A DNA stretch of 64,000 bases from Marsupella aquatica. Lineage: Eukaryota > Plantae > Marchantiophyta. The translations under genes and the position numbers were made by a program. This document shows, piece after piece, positions 12,081 to 23,694 of this stretch. A model generated the notes under the pieces. The model was given only the letters and a program-made list of their open reading frames with translations. It was not told the origin of the DNA and did not search any database. The stretch covers positions 21,540,122 to 21,604,121 of the forward strand of contig OZ316898.1 in NCBI GenBank assembly GCA_973895155.1, in the 5' to 3' direction. Position 1 is the first letter of the stretch. Every line of letters begins with the position of its first letter.

Positions 12081-13899
12081 TGGATCTTGCAGGCTAAACT
12101 ATACTGCTTACTTCTTAAGATATATGCTAGCATAGACAAGACAGCCACAGACGCAAGTTATAACAAAAGAAAGCACATACAAATGACAAGCAGAAACGAA
12201 ACCCCTCGGGTTGACAGAAATTGTAGCAACAGAGGAAGCGACAGAGGAAAGAGCACACCACAAGGGTGAAAACTACGGTATGAGGCTGTGAAAATCACCA
12301 TCCACCAAACCCTAGATCACCAAAATCCCAGTCCAAATCCTGCAACCGTGCAATGTAAGGCCTTATGATCCGTAGTCTATCATGACAATCAATTAAACAT
12401 GCAACGATTCACCACCTCAAAATTTCCAAACCAGACTGCTCGCAATCCGCCACACACTTCAGTCTATGCAGAACAGACCAGTATACCGAAGGCTCGGACT
12501 CTTATGCCGAGGGCCTCCTCGGTCGGTAGACAAGGAGTTGATCTCGTTCCCGACCAGTTGTGCCTTGTGTAAACCCCCGGGCCTATATTTGAGATCCCCC
12601 AATGTTGATCCGTTGCCGACCTGTTGTGCCTTGTGTAACCCCGGGCCTATATTTGAGAACCCCTAATGTTTATGGTTATGGTCCTACCTTACTCCTTAAC
12701 GAGGTATTGGTACTTGGCCCTCCATTCAGGATCTCCCTTCTCAAGGCAGATCTTGCCCTCCATTTGGGATCGCCCTTCATGATGCAAATCTTGGTCCTTC
12801 ATTCAGGCTGCTCTACCCGCGGCCAATCTGGACCGTCCATTCAGGGTGCTCAATCCGCAGCTAATCTCCGCCCTCCATTTAAAAATGAACGGCCAGATTG
12901 TTAGGGTTTAGGGCGTTCCTGCATCACCATCCAACAGACAGCTGCTATTGGACGGCCCAGATTTTGTTCACCGGGCCGGTGGTTTCCTGGGCGGGCGTTA
13001 CTTAATCTAGGAGAGCAGCAGGATGCGGCCACTTCCCATTTCACTTTCTGGAAACGCTGTCAGGTTGGAAGTTTGTCGTCTGTGCAGGAGCCATTTCCAT
13101 CTCGGCCGGGATGAGCTTTCTCTCGCATTCTAGTCATTCTCCTTCGTGCCTCTCATTCCGTGTTCATCGAGAGCTTGAGTAGATTTGGGTGTTTTGTCTA
13201 GGCTCGAGACGACCGGCTGTGGTGAATGTGGGTGCGGCTGTGAGTTGACTGTTGGAGCACAACTCAACTTTGAGTGGCCTGGTTTTTATTTCTCTTTCCA
13301 TATCAATTGCTTTGGATGTATGCCATCTTTTTGAATGCGTGCCATACTTGTTTTATTATATGCTTATGTCGGTCATTCTAATGAACATTTTCCGCTCTAT
13401 TTGGAATCTTTTAATGTTGATGCTGAACATGACTGCTGAAGGTTTTTCTCTTGTGTTACTCCCGTTCTGACCTATGTTGCCGCTGTGTAGCAATAATATC
13501 TAGTGGAGTAAGGACAAAGTCGCTCAATCATGCCTCCGAAAACATTCCAAGGTGTTTTGACTGTTTTCTTGCATTCGGTTTTGTTCAGTACTCCCTCCGC
13601 ATTGGGGGCCGCTTCAGTTGTAGACTGCTAGGGGTTGCTTGACACTTGTTCATCTCTTCCCTTGTAGGACTCATCTTGAATCATTATAGACCCAAAACGA
13701 GGCTTCGGCTAACTGATCAATGCTTTCCCCATGAATGATGAAGCAGAGATCGCCAGAGAGCTTGCGCCTTTGATGCAAGTGGAGTTTGATAGTTTAAACA
13801 TCAGTGCGAGAGGAGCTTAATAAGGGTTTAATGATTGCCAGCCAGATTCCAGATTCCAGACCAGAATTTGAACTCCCTGAATTACTAGATAATTTATTT

Positions 13900-15482
13900 G
13901 ATTGTGCCACGGATCGTACTCGGAGAGGTGGTGGGACTCTGCTACCTCCGGTATGAGTCAGTCCTCATTAAGAACCCATTGTCCACTACCCCCTCGGCCA
14001 GGAAGCTAGAGGACTGGTATTTAGCTCCCTTGCCCCCAGGAGCCCGCGACTCTACTCAGTTTATCCCCTCGGGTAAGCCCAAAATCATTTTCAGACGTGC
14101 CTCATTGAGACACATCACTCTCCCGTGCGCTCGGGTTTGTTGACGGGCCTCGTCAAAGTTTTGAATGAACTCCGTCATATCCTGCCCGTAGTACCTGCTT
14201 TCGTTCCAAGGGAGAGAGGCGAGGTGCTCAAACCCTTGGGTCTTCAGATAGCATGCATACTTGGGGTGGAGGATGTTCTTGTGAACATTGTCCCCCATGC
14301 GATGCATGGTCAGCTTGGCTACCGCAACCGTGGCCAAAGGCAACCCGGATACGGCTGCGGGTTCCTTCCTCTTCCTACCCCGAGACTGATTCCCGGGTGA
14401 CTAGAAGAAGGGGACATCTCTCCTTCCTCTCGGTCAGGTGGTGGTAGTGCCATTGCCGTGAATATTGGTGTCGGGGCCGTTAGAGTTACCGTGTTATCCC
14501 CTTGGGCTTGCTGGAGTGATGCTGGGTTGTTCGGCGCTTGTTCGGTCATACCCCGCGGCCGTCGATTCAGGGGAGGGTGAGCCTCCTCATCTTTGGAGCT
14601 AATATTCACCGCATTCACCATGGATCATACTCGAAGAGGTGGTGGGACCGGTGGCGGGGACCGGTTCGGCTGAGGCCAAGGAGGTGTAGGTGCGGGTACG
14701 GCTCGGGGGGCTGACTATCAAAAATCTTAGGAACCACGTGCGATCCAAAATAGGTATTTTTGATAGAAATTAACTAAATTTTTAAAAAGCGTAGGAGGCA
14801 AAAGAAGGTATTATAAACTCATGTTTAGAGAATATTCTCTAATATATAATTTTTATAAAATAAAATATGTTATTAATATTGAAAATAGAGAATATTCTTG
14901 GAATTTTTTTTTTATAAAATAGGTCTATTTATATTAGGCTAGGATCGCACGTGGTACCCCAAAATATACACTTAGTTAACCCCCCGAGGGGTACGGGCAT
15001 GGGTTGGCCGGCACTGGTCGTTGATGGTAGAGTTGCCATGAAGTTCTGCAGGTGCCGGTGGAGGTTTTCCAAAGCAAGTGTAGACGGCCTTGTCGACCGG
15101 GTAGTGTTGAACTCGCTGTTGATGATAGCCCGGACCCAAGCGGGGATGTGGTCGAAGTGGTGCCGTTGCAAGTCGATCGTGCCCGGGAGAGTGAAGACCG
15201 CATCCGGGAGCCGAAGCAATGCTTCCCAGAAGCCGATATATTTTCCCCCATTGAAGAAGTACCCTGATACTTCTTCGGGTCGGTAAAGCTCGCTCTGGGA
15301 CGGGTAATCAATGTTAAGGAGATAGTGGTGTCGGCCTGCTAAGCGAATGGCTCTCTCGTATTCGTGTTTGATTTCCTATCGGCGTGGGTTGGCGTGTTTT
15401 AATGAGTCGGCCAAGTGCCCTCCGATAGACAGGAACTGTGTCCAGAATTGTATGGCCGAACTGGAAAGGATCACATGCGACG
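13900..15482 (-). pseudogene. Decayed plant transposon-associated protein (PMD/Athila-ORF1-like domain at C-terminus), copy 1
   Basis: Broken reading frame ending ...LKTQGFEHLASLPW...DMTEFIQNFD...TRAHGRVMCLNEARLKMILGLPEG...DNGF, with stops, a frameshift and a MITE insertion. Family call is by motif resemblance only. Confidence 0.5.
14702..14988. mobile_element. 287-bp MITE with 8-bp TSD GGGTACGG
   Basis: TIRs CTCGGGGGGCTGACTA / TAGTTAACCCCCCGAG; inner inverted pair ACCACGTGCGATCC / GGATCGCACGTGGT; AT-rich core; TSD at 14694-14701 and 14989-14996. The paralogue at ~32582-32589 is the empty site. Confidence 0.95.
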
Positions 15483-15557
15483 TTCAGAGGAGATAGCAGG
15501 TGACTAAGGATAAGCAAGAGAGCTGGAGTCGAAGCTGGCGTGTGGACTGAAGAACTG

Positions 15558-16908
15558 GGAATTTGAAGGTGACAAGCACATTAAGGAACCAGATTGAAGG
15601 CTGGTACAGGAATTCTAGAAGCATTGACCAAGCTTTGTTTCCTTTGTATTTCTCACGAACCTAATTGAACGGTGACACTTTTGATGCTAACGGAGTCCAA
15701 TGGTTTCAACATGAATGTTATAGCTGCAAAAGACTTTAATTGGAAATGTTATGGGAGTGCGGGATTACAAGTGAGTCACCATGAATGCTAGTGGTGTATG
15801 AATACTTAAAACATAATGTTATGGGAGCCTACGGTAACCACCCGTAAGTCACCCTAATCTATACTAGCGGAGTTTAAAGGTTTTAATAACAACGTTGTGG
15901 GAGTCCAAATGTTGAAACGTCGAGACCGTGCACCCCATGTAGGAGACCATGCACCGCGCTCCCTAAATACCCTGAAATGGCCTGAAGACCGGACTCATTG
16001 CACGCGGTGTGCAAAGAAGATATGTAGAGGTAAACCCCGAACCATAAACGGGAGTTGGCATTTGGAGGATGGCAGGATTGCAGTTGATCCCTTGGTGTAT
16101 TGGGGGCCGTGGGAGGGAGCCACGAGGAACAACGCAAGGGTAAGGGAACCCTATAATAAACCCTAAATGACGGGGAGGGAGGGTGGGCAGAGTTGATGCG
16201 AGGGGAGTATGGAAAGAAGGCCGCAGTGCTATCCGGGCTCCCGAAGCAGTGAGTTTTGAAGAATGGCGCGGGGATCGACTTGCTTCGTAATGTTGATTCC
16301 TTTGTATTTTCATGGCGGGACGGTCTTTTTCGGGCACTTGTGGCAAAAAGACCACGAAAAAGACCGCAAAGACCGGGCATTGCGATCATTGGGCTGCACG
16401 AAAATGTATATAGGGTTGCACATGCCCCCTAGTACTCGCACCCTCTAAATGGGGGGTCACCCTCACCCTCAACCCCCATGGAATCGCTCCCCCATCCTCA
16501 CCCCCAGCTCGTTACACCCCCAAATGCTAGAGTAGGGTTCCACACGCCCCTTGGTACTCGCACCCTCAAAACTGGGGGGCACCTTCACCCTCAACCCCCA
16601 TAGAACCGCTCCCCCACCCTCACCCCCAGCTCATTACACCCCCAAAAGCTATAGTAGGGTTGCACACGCCCCCTAGTACTCGCATCCTCAAAACTGGGGG
16701 GGCACCCTCAACCCCCATGGAACCCCTCCCCCACCCTCACCCCCAGCTCGTTACACCCCCAAAAGCTACAGTAGGGTGGCACTCGCCCCCTAGTACGCGC
16801 ACCCCAAAAATTGGGGGGTACCCCCACCCCTAACCCCTCCAAAATGTGCACACAACAAACTGGGGGTGAAACTCACCCCCAATATTCCCAAATCTCACTA
16901 GTACTTAA
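15558..16908. repeat. Terminal part of the composite repeat, including ~3.5 diverged units of the 121-bp satellite (C-rich strand, ~16410-16830); inverted copy at ~52125-52850
   Basis: 15558-16030 is the reverse complement of ~52381-52850. 16700-16887 is the reverse complement of ~52145-52330 and ~50363-50545. Confidence 0.9.
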
Positions 16909-18159
16909 TGTCAGATGCCTAAAAAACATAATTACATAGGAATTATGTAAATATGGGTAAATGTTTTTGTTTTGTGTATAGTTTATATCAATTAGTTATT
17001 TAGTGTACAAAACTAATATCAATAAATGTATTGATTCTAGAAAAATATTGACTAGGAAAGATAAGTTATAGTTGAAGGTCAATAGAAAAAAAATAAGTAT
17101 TATCTAAGTAGTTGTGGTAGGTGTCAACTAATGAGTGATCAAATAAAGCAATAGGAAATGCCTAAAATTGCTACATGGTCACAACGAAAAAAATATCTTT
17201 GAGAAAAAATCTCAATATAAGTCAAAAATAAAATAAAATAAAAAGACAAGATTCTATAACTTGCAAGAAAAGTTATAAAAAAGCAATAGGGAATGCCCAA
17301 AATTGCTACATGGTCACAACAAAAATAGTGGAGAAAGAATCTCAACAAAGATGATACTTCTAATCCAAGTAGTACTAAGCCAAGGAAAAAGACAATGAGA
17401 TATTTCAATGGACGGATTAGAAGTCAATTAGCTAGTGTGAAGACGATTCTTAGCCTAGTGGAAAAGTGTGGACAAAAAGGAAAAAGAATACTCATCAAGA
17501 AACAAGGAGTAGAATCATTTGAAAAAAAGATAGATATGGTTATAGAAGGGCTCAAGTTCAAGTATAGATAAATAGCATCATGAGTAGTAGATCACAAGCT
17601 TAAGGCAAAGCATTGTGAGAAATCTACAAAGAGTATAGACCTTAGTGAGCAAATTAGAAGTACTAGGAGGGAGATGGTGATCATCAAGGTGCATCAAGCT
17701 AGGAGCTTTAGGCATAGATTCTAGAAATGCCGGTCTATGATCCTATTATATTTGTGCGCACCAAATATCTTGTTTGGAGAAAGTTAGGACATGGCAATGA
17801 TATAGGGAAGTGGTTTACACAATTCCTTGGGGATACTAAGGGAATTTCCAACTCAAGGCTATTGCGATGGGTCTATATTGCACTTTACATTCGACAACAT
17901 CAAGTAGTCTTGAATTCACAAGAGAAGGCAGAACTGAATAGCAAGGTGCAAGATGCTATTGGAGGATGGTTACAAGATTGCATTAGAAGGACAAGACCAA
18001 GAGACAATGACGCAATCACTGACTGACCCTCGCTATCTAGTGTACCTAGATCAGGTCAAACATCGGGCCAAGTTTTCTCTGTGGAATCAAGTAGGTCGTC
18101 CAACCCAGGATCCGGACCTGTGGTTTTAACACTTATTTTGGTACTTGTGAGGCAAGTAG

Positions 18160-21100
18160 TGTGATACAGTACATTAGTTGGATCTTGAACGACAACGGAA
18201 GTCTTTACCTTTCATCGGTATCACACTCAAGACATGGATGAAATTCAAGAAGCTATGCAAGAGAATACCTACACAAGTGTTCAGCAACCGGACCAGACAG
18301 CACTACTCCAACAAGATTAGTTCTCCCACGACAATAGTTAAGATCAGTCAATCTCCACCATTTTAGTTAAATAGTTAAAGTAGTTAGAAAAGTCTCATAC
18401 TTTTCCAGGAGATAGCCCTTATGTAGCAGACCATACCCTGAAAGTATCGACCAAAACCGACATATAGTTTAGATGTTAGAGCATTTTTAGTTTTGCAGTA
18501 GCGTGAGTGCGCAACGGCGCTAGTGCTCCAAAGCGCAAAGGCGCAACGGCGCTTCCAACACTTAGAAAATTTTCCGGAACAATATATTTTTTATCCGACA
18601 GCACTTTTCATTGATTTTATTAAGGCACTTAGACACCTCAAAAAAGTCTAAACTTTTGCTAGCATGTAGCATGTATATAAATCTTCCACCTAGGAAAGTT
18701 TCACCCCATTTTGACTTTTATGTTAGAAATTAAAATTCTGATAAACTCACTATTTATTAGTTTTATCACAAAAGTGCAAAAAACACTTTTACTCCAGTTG
18801 TGACGCCAATGACATGGTCCTTATTTTGTAATCTGATTAAGTAGGTTGCTGTATGCAAGGAGTAGCTATTGATATTGCATAACAATTAGCAAGATGGCAA
18901 GAATAAGGGTAATCATGGCGTTAAAAGTAGGGAAATAAAAGCTATGTCGCGGGTGGTCGACGATCATATCTCTTTCAATATGTCACCAAATCCGGATCTG
19001 TAAAGAGCATTGGAAAGATCTGGTCAGGGCGAGTAAAATCGATATAAAACACTTGAGAAACGGAGGTGTATTAAGAAAGATACGGCCTGATTAGTGTGAC
19101 GGGTTAACTTGTGGCCGGAATTAGCGGATTCGGCTTCAGTTTCGGGTTAACCCAAGCTCGACCACGGCTTAGCTTATGTGAGCACGGCTTCAGCTTAGCT
19201 CAGGTCAGCACGGCTTCAGCTTAGCTTAGGTAAGCACGGCTTCAGCTTAGCTCAGGTAAGAACGGCTTCAGCTTAGCTCAGGTCAGCACGGCTTCAGCTT
19301 AGCTCAGGTCAACACGGCTTCAGCTTAGCTCAGGTCAGCGCGGCCTCAGGTTAGCATAGGTAAGCTCGGATTCGGGCTCAGCTTAGGCTAGGTTAGCGGA
19401 TAGCGGATAGTGGGTAGCGGCCTAACCCGAGACCACGGGTTAGCTCTACTCGGGTTAGATAGGATAGCTAGGTTAGCCAAACTCGGGTTAGCTATGTAAC
19501 TCGGGTTAGCGCAGCAGTGAGTACCCCCTCTCGGTTGCGGGGGCATAACTCTCTGTGTATTTGACCAAATCGGCTATAATTGACCTCGTTGGAAAGAGGA
19601 GCTCAAGCCGCTTCCAACGCTGCTATCCACGCAGAAAATGGTTAAATAGAGAAATCGGGAGAGGAGGCGCAAGCTCGCAAAAACCATGGAGGAGGGCCGA
19701 ATCCGAAGTACATAGCCAATTCGAGATAGAAATAAAGTTGCGAGTTAGGGTTCAGTAGTTAGAGATAGTGGCGGCTCTGTTAGGGCTGGGATGGGGCTCC
19801 AGCAGCGTAGTATCCACCCATTTGGGCTCAGTATGAGAGTATATAGAGCAGCCCCCGGTAGAGGCAAGGGGGGGGACTTCAGTTGTGTGATCTCACTTAG
19901 ACTGAGCAGCGGGGAGGAGCTCTGTGCAAGCAAGGCTGGACTTGGACGCTGCGTGTTGGGGAGAGCTTGGTTGTGCTATTACTCAGGGAGTAATCAGCCA
20001 AGCTTCACAGCAACGGGTTGCTAGGTTTGCGAGCTGGATTGTGGCTCTTTCTAGTGGGCAGCACAACTGGGTTCTTTTCCCCCGATACAGAGCCTTGGTG
20101 ATAGGTGATGTATTGGTGATTGTAAACTATGGGGAGGATTTCAATTCGATTTGCGGTGGGCACATTAGGGAGGCTGAGGTACTGATTAAGGGGCAGCAGG
20201 AGGAGCATTTACAGTTCAATCTGGCAAGGCTACGTGATCCATGGGGAGTCCCGGCCTTTGTCTGGTGGAGAGCACTAAGGGATCTATGGCCAGAGCTAAG
20301 CTTGCAGGGCAAGCGTGAGGCCGGGCCTCATTGCAGTCTGGGGTAGATCGCCGTTAGGCCTGGTACCAGCTTTGAAGTCGAGTCAACTATGCATGCGTAA
20401 CTTGACGTTCTGAATTGGAGGTGTGAGATCTGTATGTGCCCCCAAGAATGAAGTGCAGTGAAGGAGGTTGAGTTTAGGATTGAGTTTGCAAGGCAAGTAC
20501 GGGATTGGTTCGAGTCCAATCTGCCGTTGCAATCTGGAGTGAGCCGGGCTCAGGTTCAGGATTGAGCTTGCATGGCAAGCACGGGGCTTGCAGGGCAAGC
20601 ACGTCACAATCTGGAGGAGACAGCCTTCGGCCCTAGTGTTCGGATCAAGTGTTCTCAGTGAACTATTGTGCACATCTTTGAATCTAATTGAGTTTTCCTC
20701 TCAGGCCTCATTTCTCTCATGGATGTGTGTGTGAGGCAATCTGAGTGTATGATGGAACTAGCAGCGCCACTGAGAGGTGTACCGGGTGCATTGAAGCGGG
20801 CTGGGTGAGGACTGTCATAGCTCTGATTGTTGAGAGTGGAATGGCAGAGTGGTGGGGCAATGGCTTAGAAGTCCCTAAGCCGGGAATCAGTCAGGAGTCA
20901 CTGGTTTATGGGTACATTCCGGTGGCGGAATAGAAACATACCTATGACAGTAAGCATATGTATAGACCTATGCGCACCGTAGCGCTAGGCCCTGTGTGTA
21001 CGGGCCCGATATGAAGACCCCTTCTCACCAGAACTATCATGAGCGCAGATCTGATCCCCAACCTTGGTTCCTTGGGATTGAGCTTGGGTGATGTGTGATA

Positions 21101-22248
21101 GAGTCTTGCTATGATAGTCTGGTGTTAAGGGCATAAACTGGTGTTTACCGGCATTCACAACATCCCTTCGTGATCCTCAGGTACAAGGAGATGGTTTTGG
21201 CACCCATAGTGACGTTTTTGGTGTTAAAACCCATGTCAATCGCGTGACACCAGTTTACACTAGGGATAACTTTTGGTTAGTTTTTCATTCCAGCAACATT
21301 CTAGTGAACCTTGAGTACTCTTATAGCATATTTTCATACTTTTTACTTTAGTTTATGACCCATAAGATATGAAAGGGCATGTCCTTTCATTATCTCTTTC
21401 CCTTAGTTCCTGCCACCCTATATGTAGTTGAATTTTTGCCACTTTTTGTGTGAAAAAATTTCATGAGCGCTCAGTTGCAAGATTGCAACTTTGTTACCTC
21501 CATTTGTAGTAAGCACTCCATTGTATATGAGTACTTAATACAAAGGAATTCTTCCCCCTTCAAGTCTAAATGAATGAGAAGTTTGGACCCTTGAAGTAAA
21601 ATTATTGTGATTGTTAAATCTTTTGAGTATGTGGAAATAGATTCCTTGTTGGTGATGTTTCACATATTCCTTAGTTCTTGATGCATAGTTTTTGGCGTGA
21701 TATTGCTTGTGCATGGGATGCAAAGATTGTTACTTACCAATTACTTATGGCTTCAAATTTGATCATGATGGTGTCTCTTATTTGTGACACAAAGTACCGA
21801 TTGGATACAGAAGTGATTGATTACTAGTCTCCACTCAGTACCTTGGAAAGAAAAGTTGAGACATGTTGACGGCATTTTAGTAATCATCCTAGTACCGTAA
21901 TCCTTTCCAGAAATGTTCTTCCGGATATACCACCTAAATCATACCAAATGAAGTTATGTTGAGGAATCACCTTGGTTGTTTCCTAACTCCCTCACCATAC
22001 CTCAAGATTTTCATTGTGTTTTATTAATTGTTTCCATTTTGTTAATTTTATTTTTAATGTCAAGCAGACATTTAAAACTATGCCTTGCTGAGCAACCATA
22101 GTAAAAGGCTCAACCTTTGTGTTTTTGTTACCTTATTCATTCATAAGTGCTAAATCATAGAAAATCATTCCTTACATGTTTTTCCATGGGAACGAATACC
22201 GAGTTTTGGATCTTAAATGTTTATTTATGTCCCTAGTGTGATACTACA
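18160..22248 (+). mobile_element. Nested 4089-bp solo LTR, Athila-like family
   Basis: TGTGATAC...TACTACA with TSD AGTAG (18155-18159, 22249-22253). Its last ~0.9 kb shares ordered motifs (GATATGAA..GGCATGTC, GACATGTTG.CGGCATTTTA, GGGAACGAATACCGAGTTT, ACTACA) with the LTR ending at 49478. Confidence 0.88.
19165..19395. repeat. 26-bp tandem repeat (AGCACGGCTTCAGCTTAGCTCAGGTC), ~7 copies, decaying into CGGGTTAG motifs to ~19510
   Basis: Direct inspection; units start at 19181, 19207, 19233 and onward. Confidence 0.92.
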
Positions 22249-23658
22249 AGTAGATGGGGTAACTTGGAATCTGCATGTTGTGTAGAGATCAAACGAGACA
22301 ATGAAGCTTTGTCGGCTCATACTCGTAGTATTCTTTGTAAATACCTTTTAGATCAGTATGCTACTTACTTGGTGAAAAACCAAAAGTAGAAAACCTTATA
22401 AATAGTAGTTGTAGAATAAATAATCAAGATTCTTTGTACAAATCTTGAGATATGTAGCTCTAGGTATTTAGCCTAGGGTTGTTAAGAATGATTCTTGACC
22501 TTAGATGTACTATGGCAATTGAGTGGCTTTGATTGGATTTGAGTGGAGGCCATAGGATACCAACCATATAAATAAGAGGGAGTGGAGGCTCACTTCCTCA
22601 CTTGCTCATTAGTTGCTCACTTGCTTGCTTTCTTGGAGGGGCGCCACGGGTTGGGACTCAAGAGAGAAGGAGTGAGGACTAGTGAGGAGGTAGAGTGTGT
22701 GGCACCTTGGAAGTTAGGAGTTAGTGTTCATGAAAGACTCTAGTATTGAAGACCTTGGGTGGAGTCCAAGCTTGTACTAAGTTTACTTGATATAAACCTA
22801 TGTGCCTTACTTCCTTGGACACTCTTATTCTTACTTGTGAAAGGAGTGTGATACTTTCTTTTGGTGGTTTTATAACATGTTTTTGACGGTTTTCTTTTGA
22901 TTTTTTTGGTGACATCTTTTATAATCTTGAAGTACTTTGGTGATAGAGTTTGATTACCAAACAATGTTGGAGTACATCACCAAGATTTCTTGGACAAGAA
23001 ATGATGTGATTGTATGCTCGGTGGTTGTTTGGCCAAGCACTAGCACACCAAGTGGAAACTTTATCTTTGTTTGAGATTTTGAAGCCAAACTTTGGTGATC
23101 GAGTTTTGGTTGATCAAGAAGGCACTGGGGTGTAGTATGGGCAAGGATTCTTATGGCGAGTGTTGACATGACTATATTGGCGAGAGGCAATTGATCGATC
23201 ACTAGCGAATCAAAGTGGCGCTTCCATTTTTTTGTGGTTAGACAATTAGAAGTTGTGTAGGCTGACTTGTTGGATGGTAGCCTGACATGACAACCCACGG
23301 TGGTAACAGCCCGTGGTGGTTCTGACATTGGTTGGTGCAGGGTGACCAGTTATAGAGGCTAGAAGTCCCCTTGATGGATTTCTCTTCTGGCGACAGAAGT
23401 AAAATCATCTAGTGCAAGTTTGGATTTGATACAAGATTACTAATGTGGCGGCAGCCAATAACGGTCTTGTAGTTGTTTAGAATACTAAAATCTGCAGTAT
23501 GTGTGTGAGGATTTAGTTTTCCTAAAGATAGATGTATTGTGAGTACTAATTTCCAAGATTGCATCCCTCTTGAGAACCCAAAATGATAAGGGACTGTGTT
23601 TTGAGAGTGAAATGAATTAAGTATGTGTTAAGTCCCAAAGCAGAGGTCTGACACTTAA

Positions 23659-23694
23659 AAAACTAGGGATGACACCCTAAACCCTAAACTTAAA
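23659..23694. repeat. Composite-repeat terminus with (CCCTAAA)2
   Basis: AAAACTAGGGATGACA-CCCTAAA-CCCTAAA-CTTAAA is the reverse complement of the termini at 50277-50320 and 52052-52102. Confidence 0.85.

Larger units (their letters stand above)
11362..15799. repeat. Direct segmental duplication, copy 1 (copy 2 = 29257-34087); copy 1 has a MITE insertion and a ~0.7-kb deletion at ~15558
   Basis: Colinear and highly similar throughout. At GAAGAACTGG|GAATTTGAAGGTGACAAGC copy 1 skips 33152-33846 of copy 2. Confidence 0.95.
16909..23653. mobile_element. Solo LTR (~2.65 kb after removing the nested solo LTR)
   Basis: Termini TGTCAGA...TCTGACA; 5-bp TSD CTTAA (16904-16908, 23654-23658). Removing it restores AGTACTTAAAAAACT, as in the uninterrupted inverted copies near 50340 and 52120. 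Confidence 0.88.

Noticed and set aside
13020-13825. Small divergent + strand gene (possible antitoxin) between the CRN gene and the transposon ORF
   Set aside because: A splice-acceptor-like site exists at ~13668, but no convincing ORF is conserved in both copies.
19165-19395. CRISPR-like appearance of short regular repeats (also 56435-56925, 44482-44706)
   Set aside because: Head-to-tail units without unique spacers, no cas genes, eukaryotic context.
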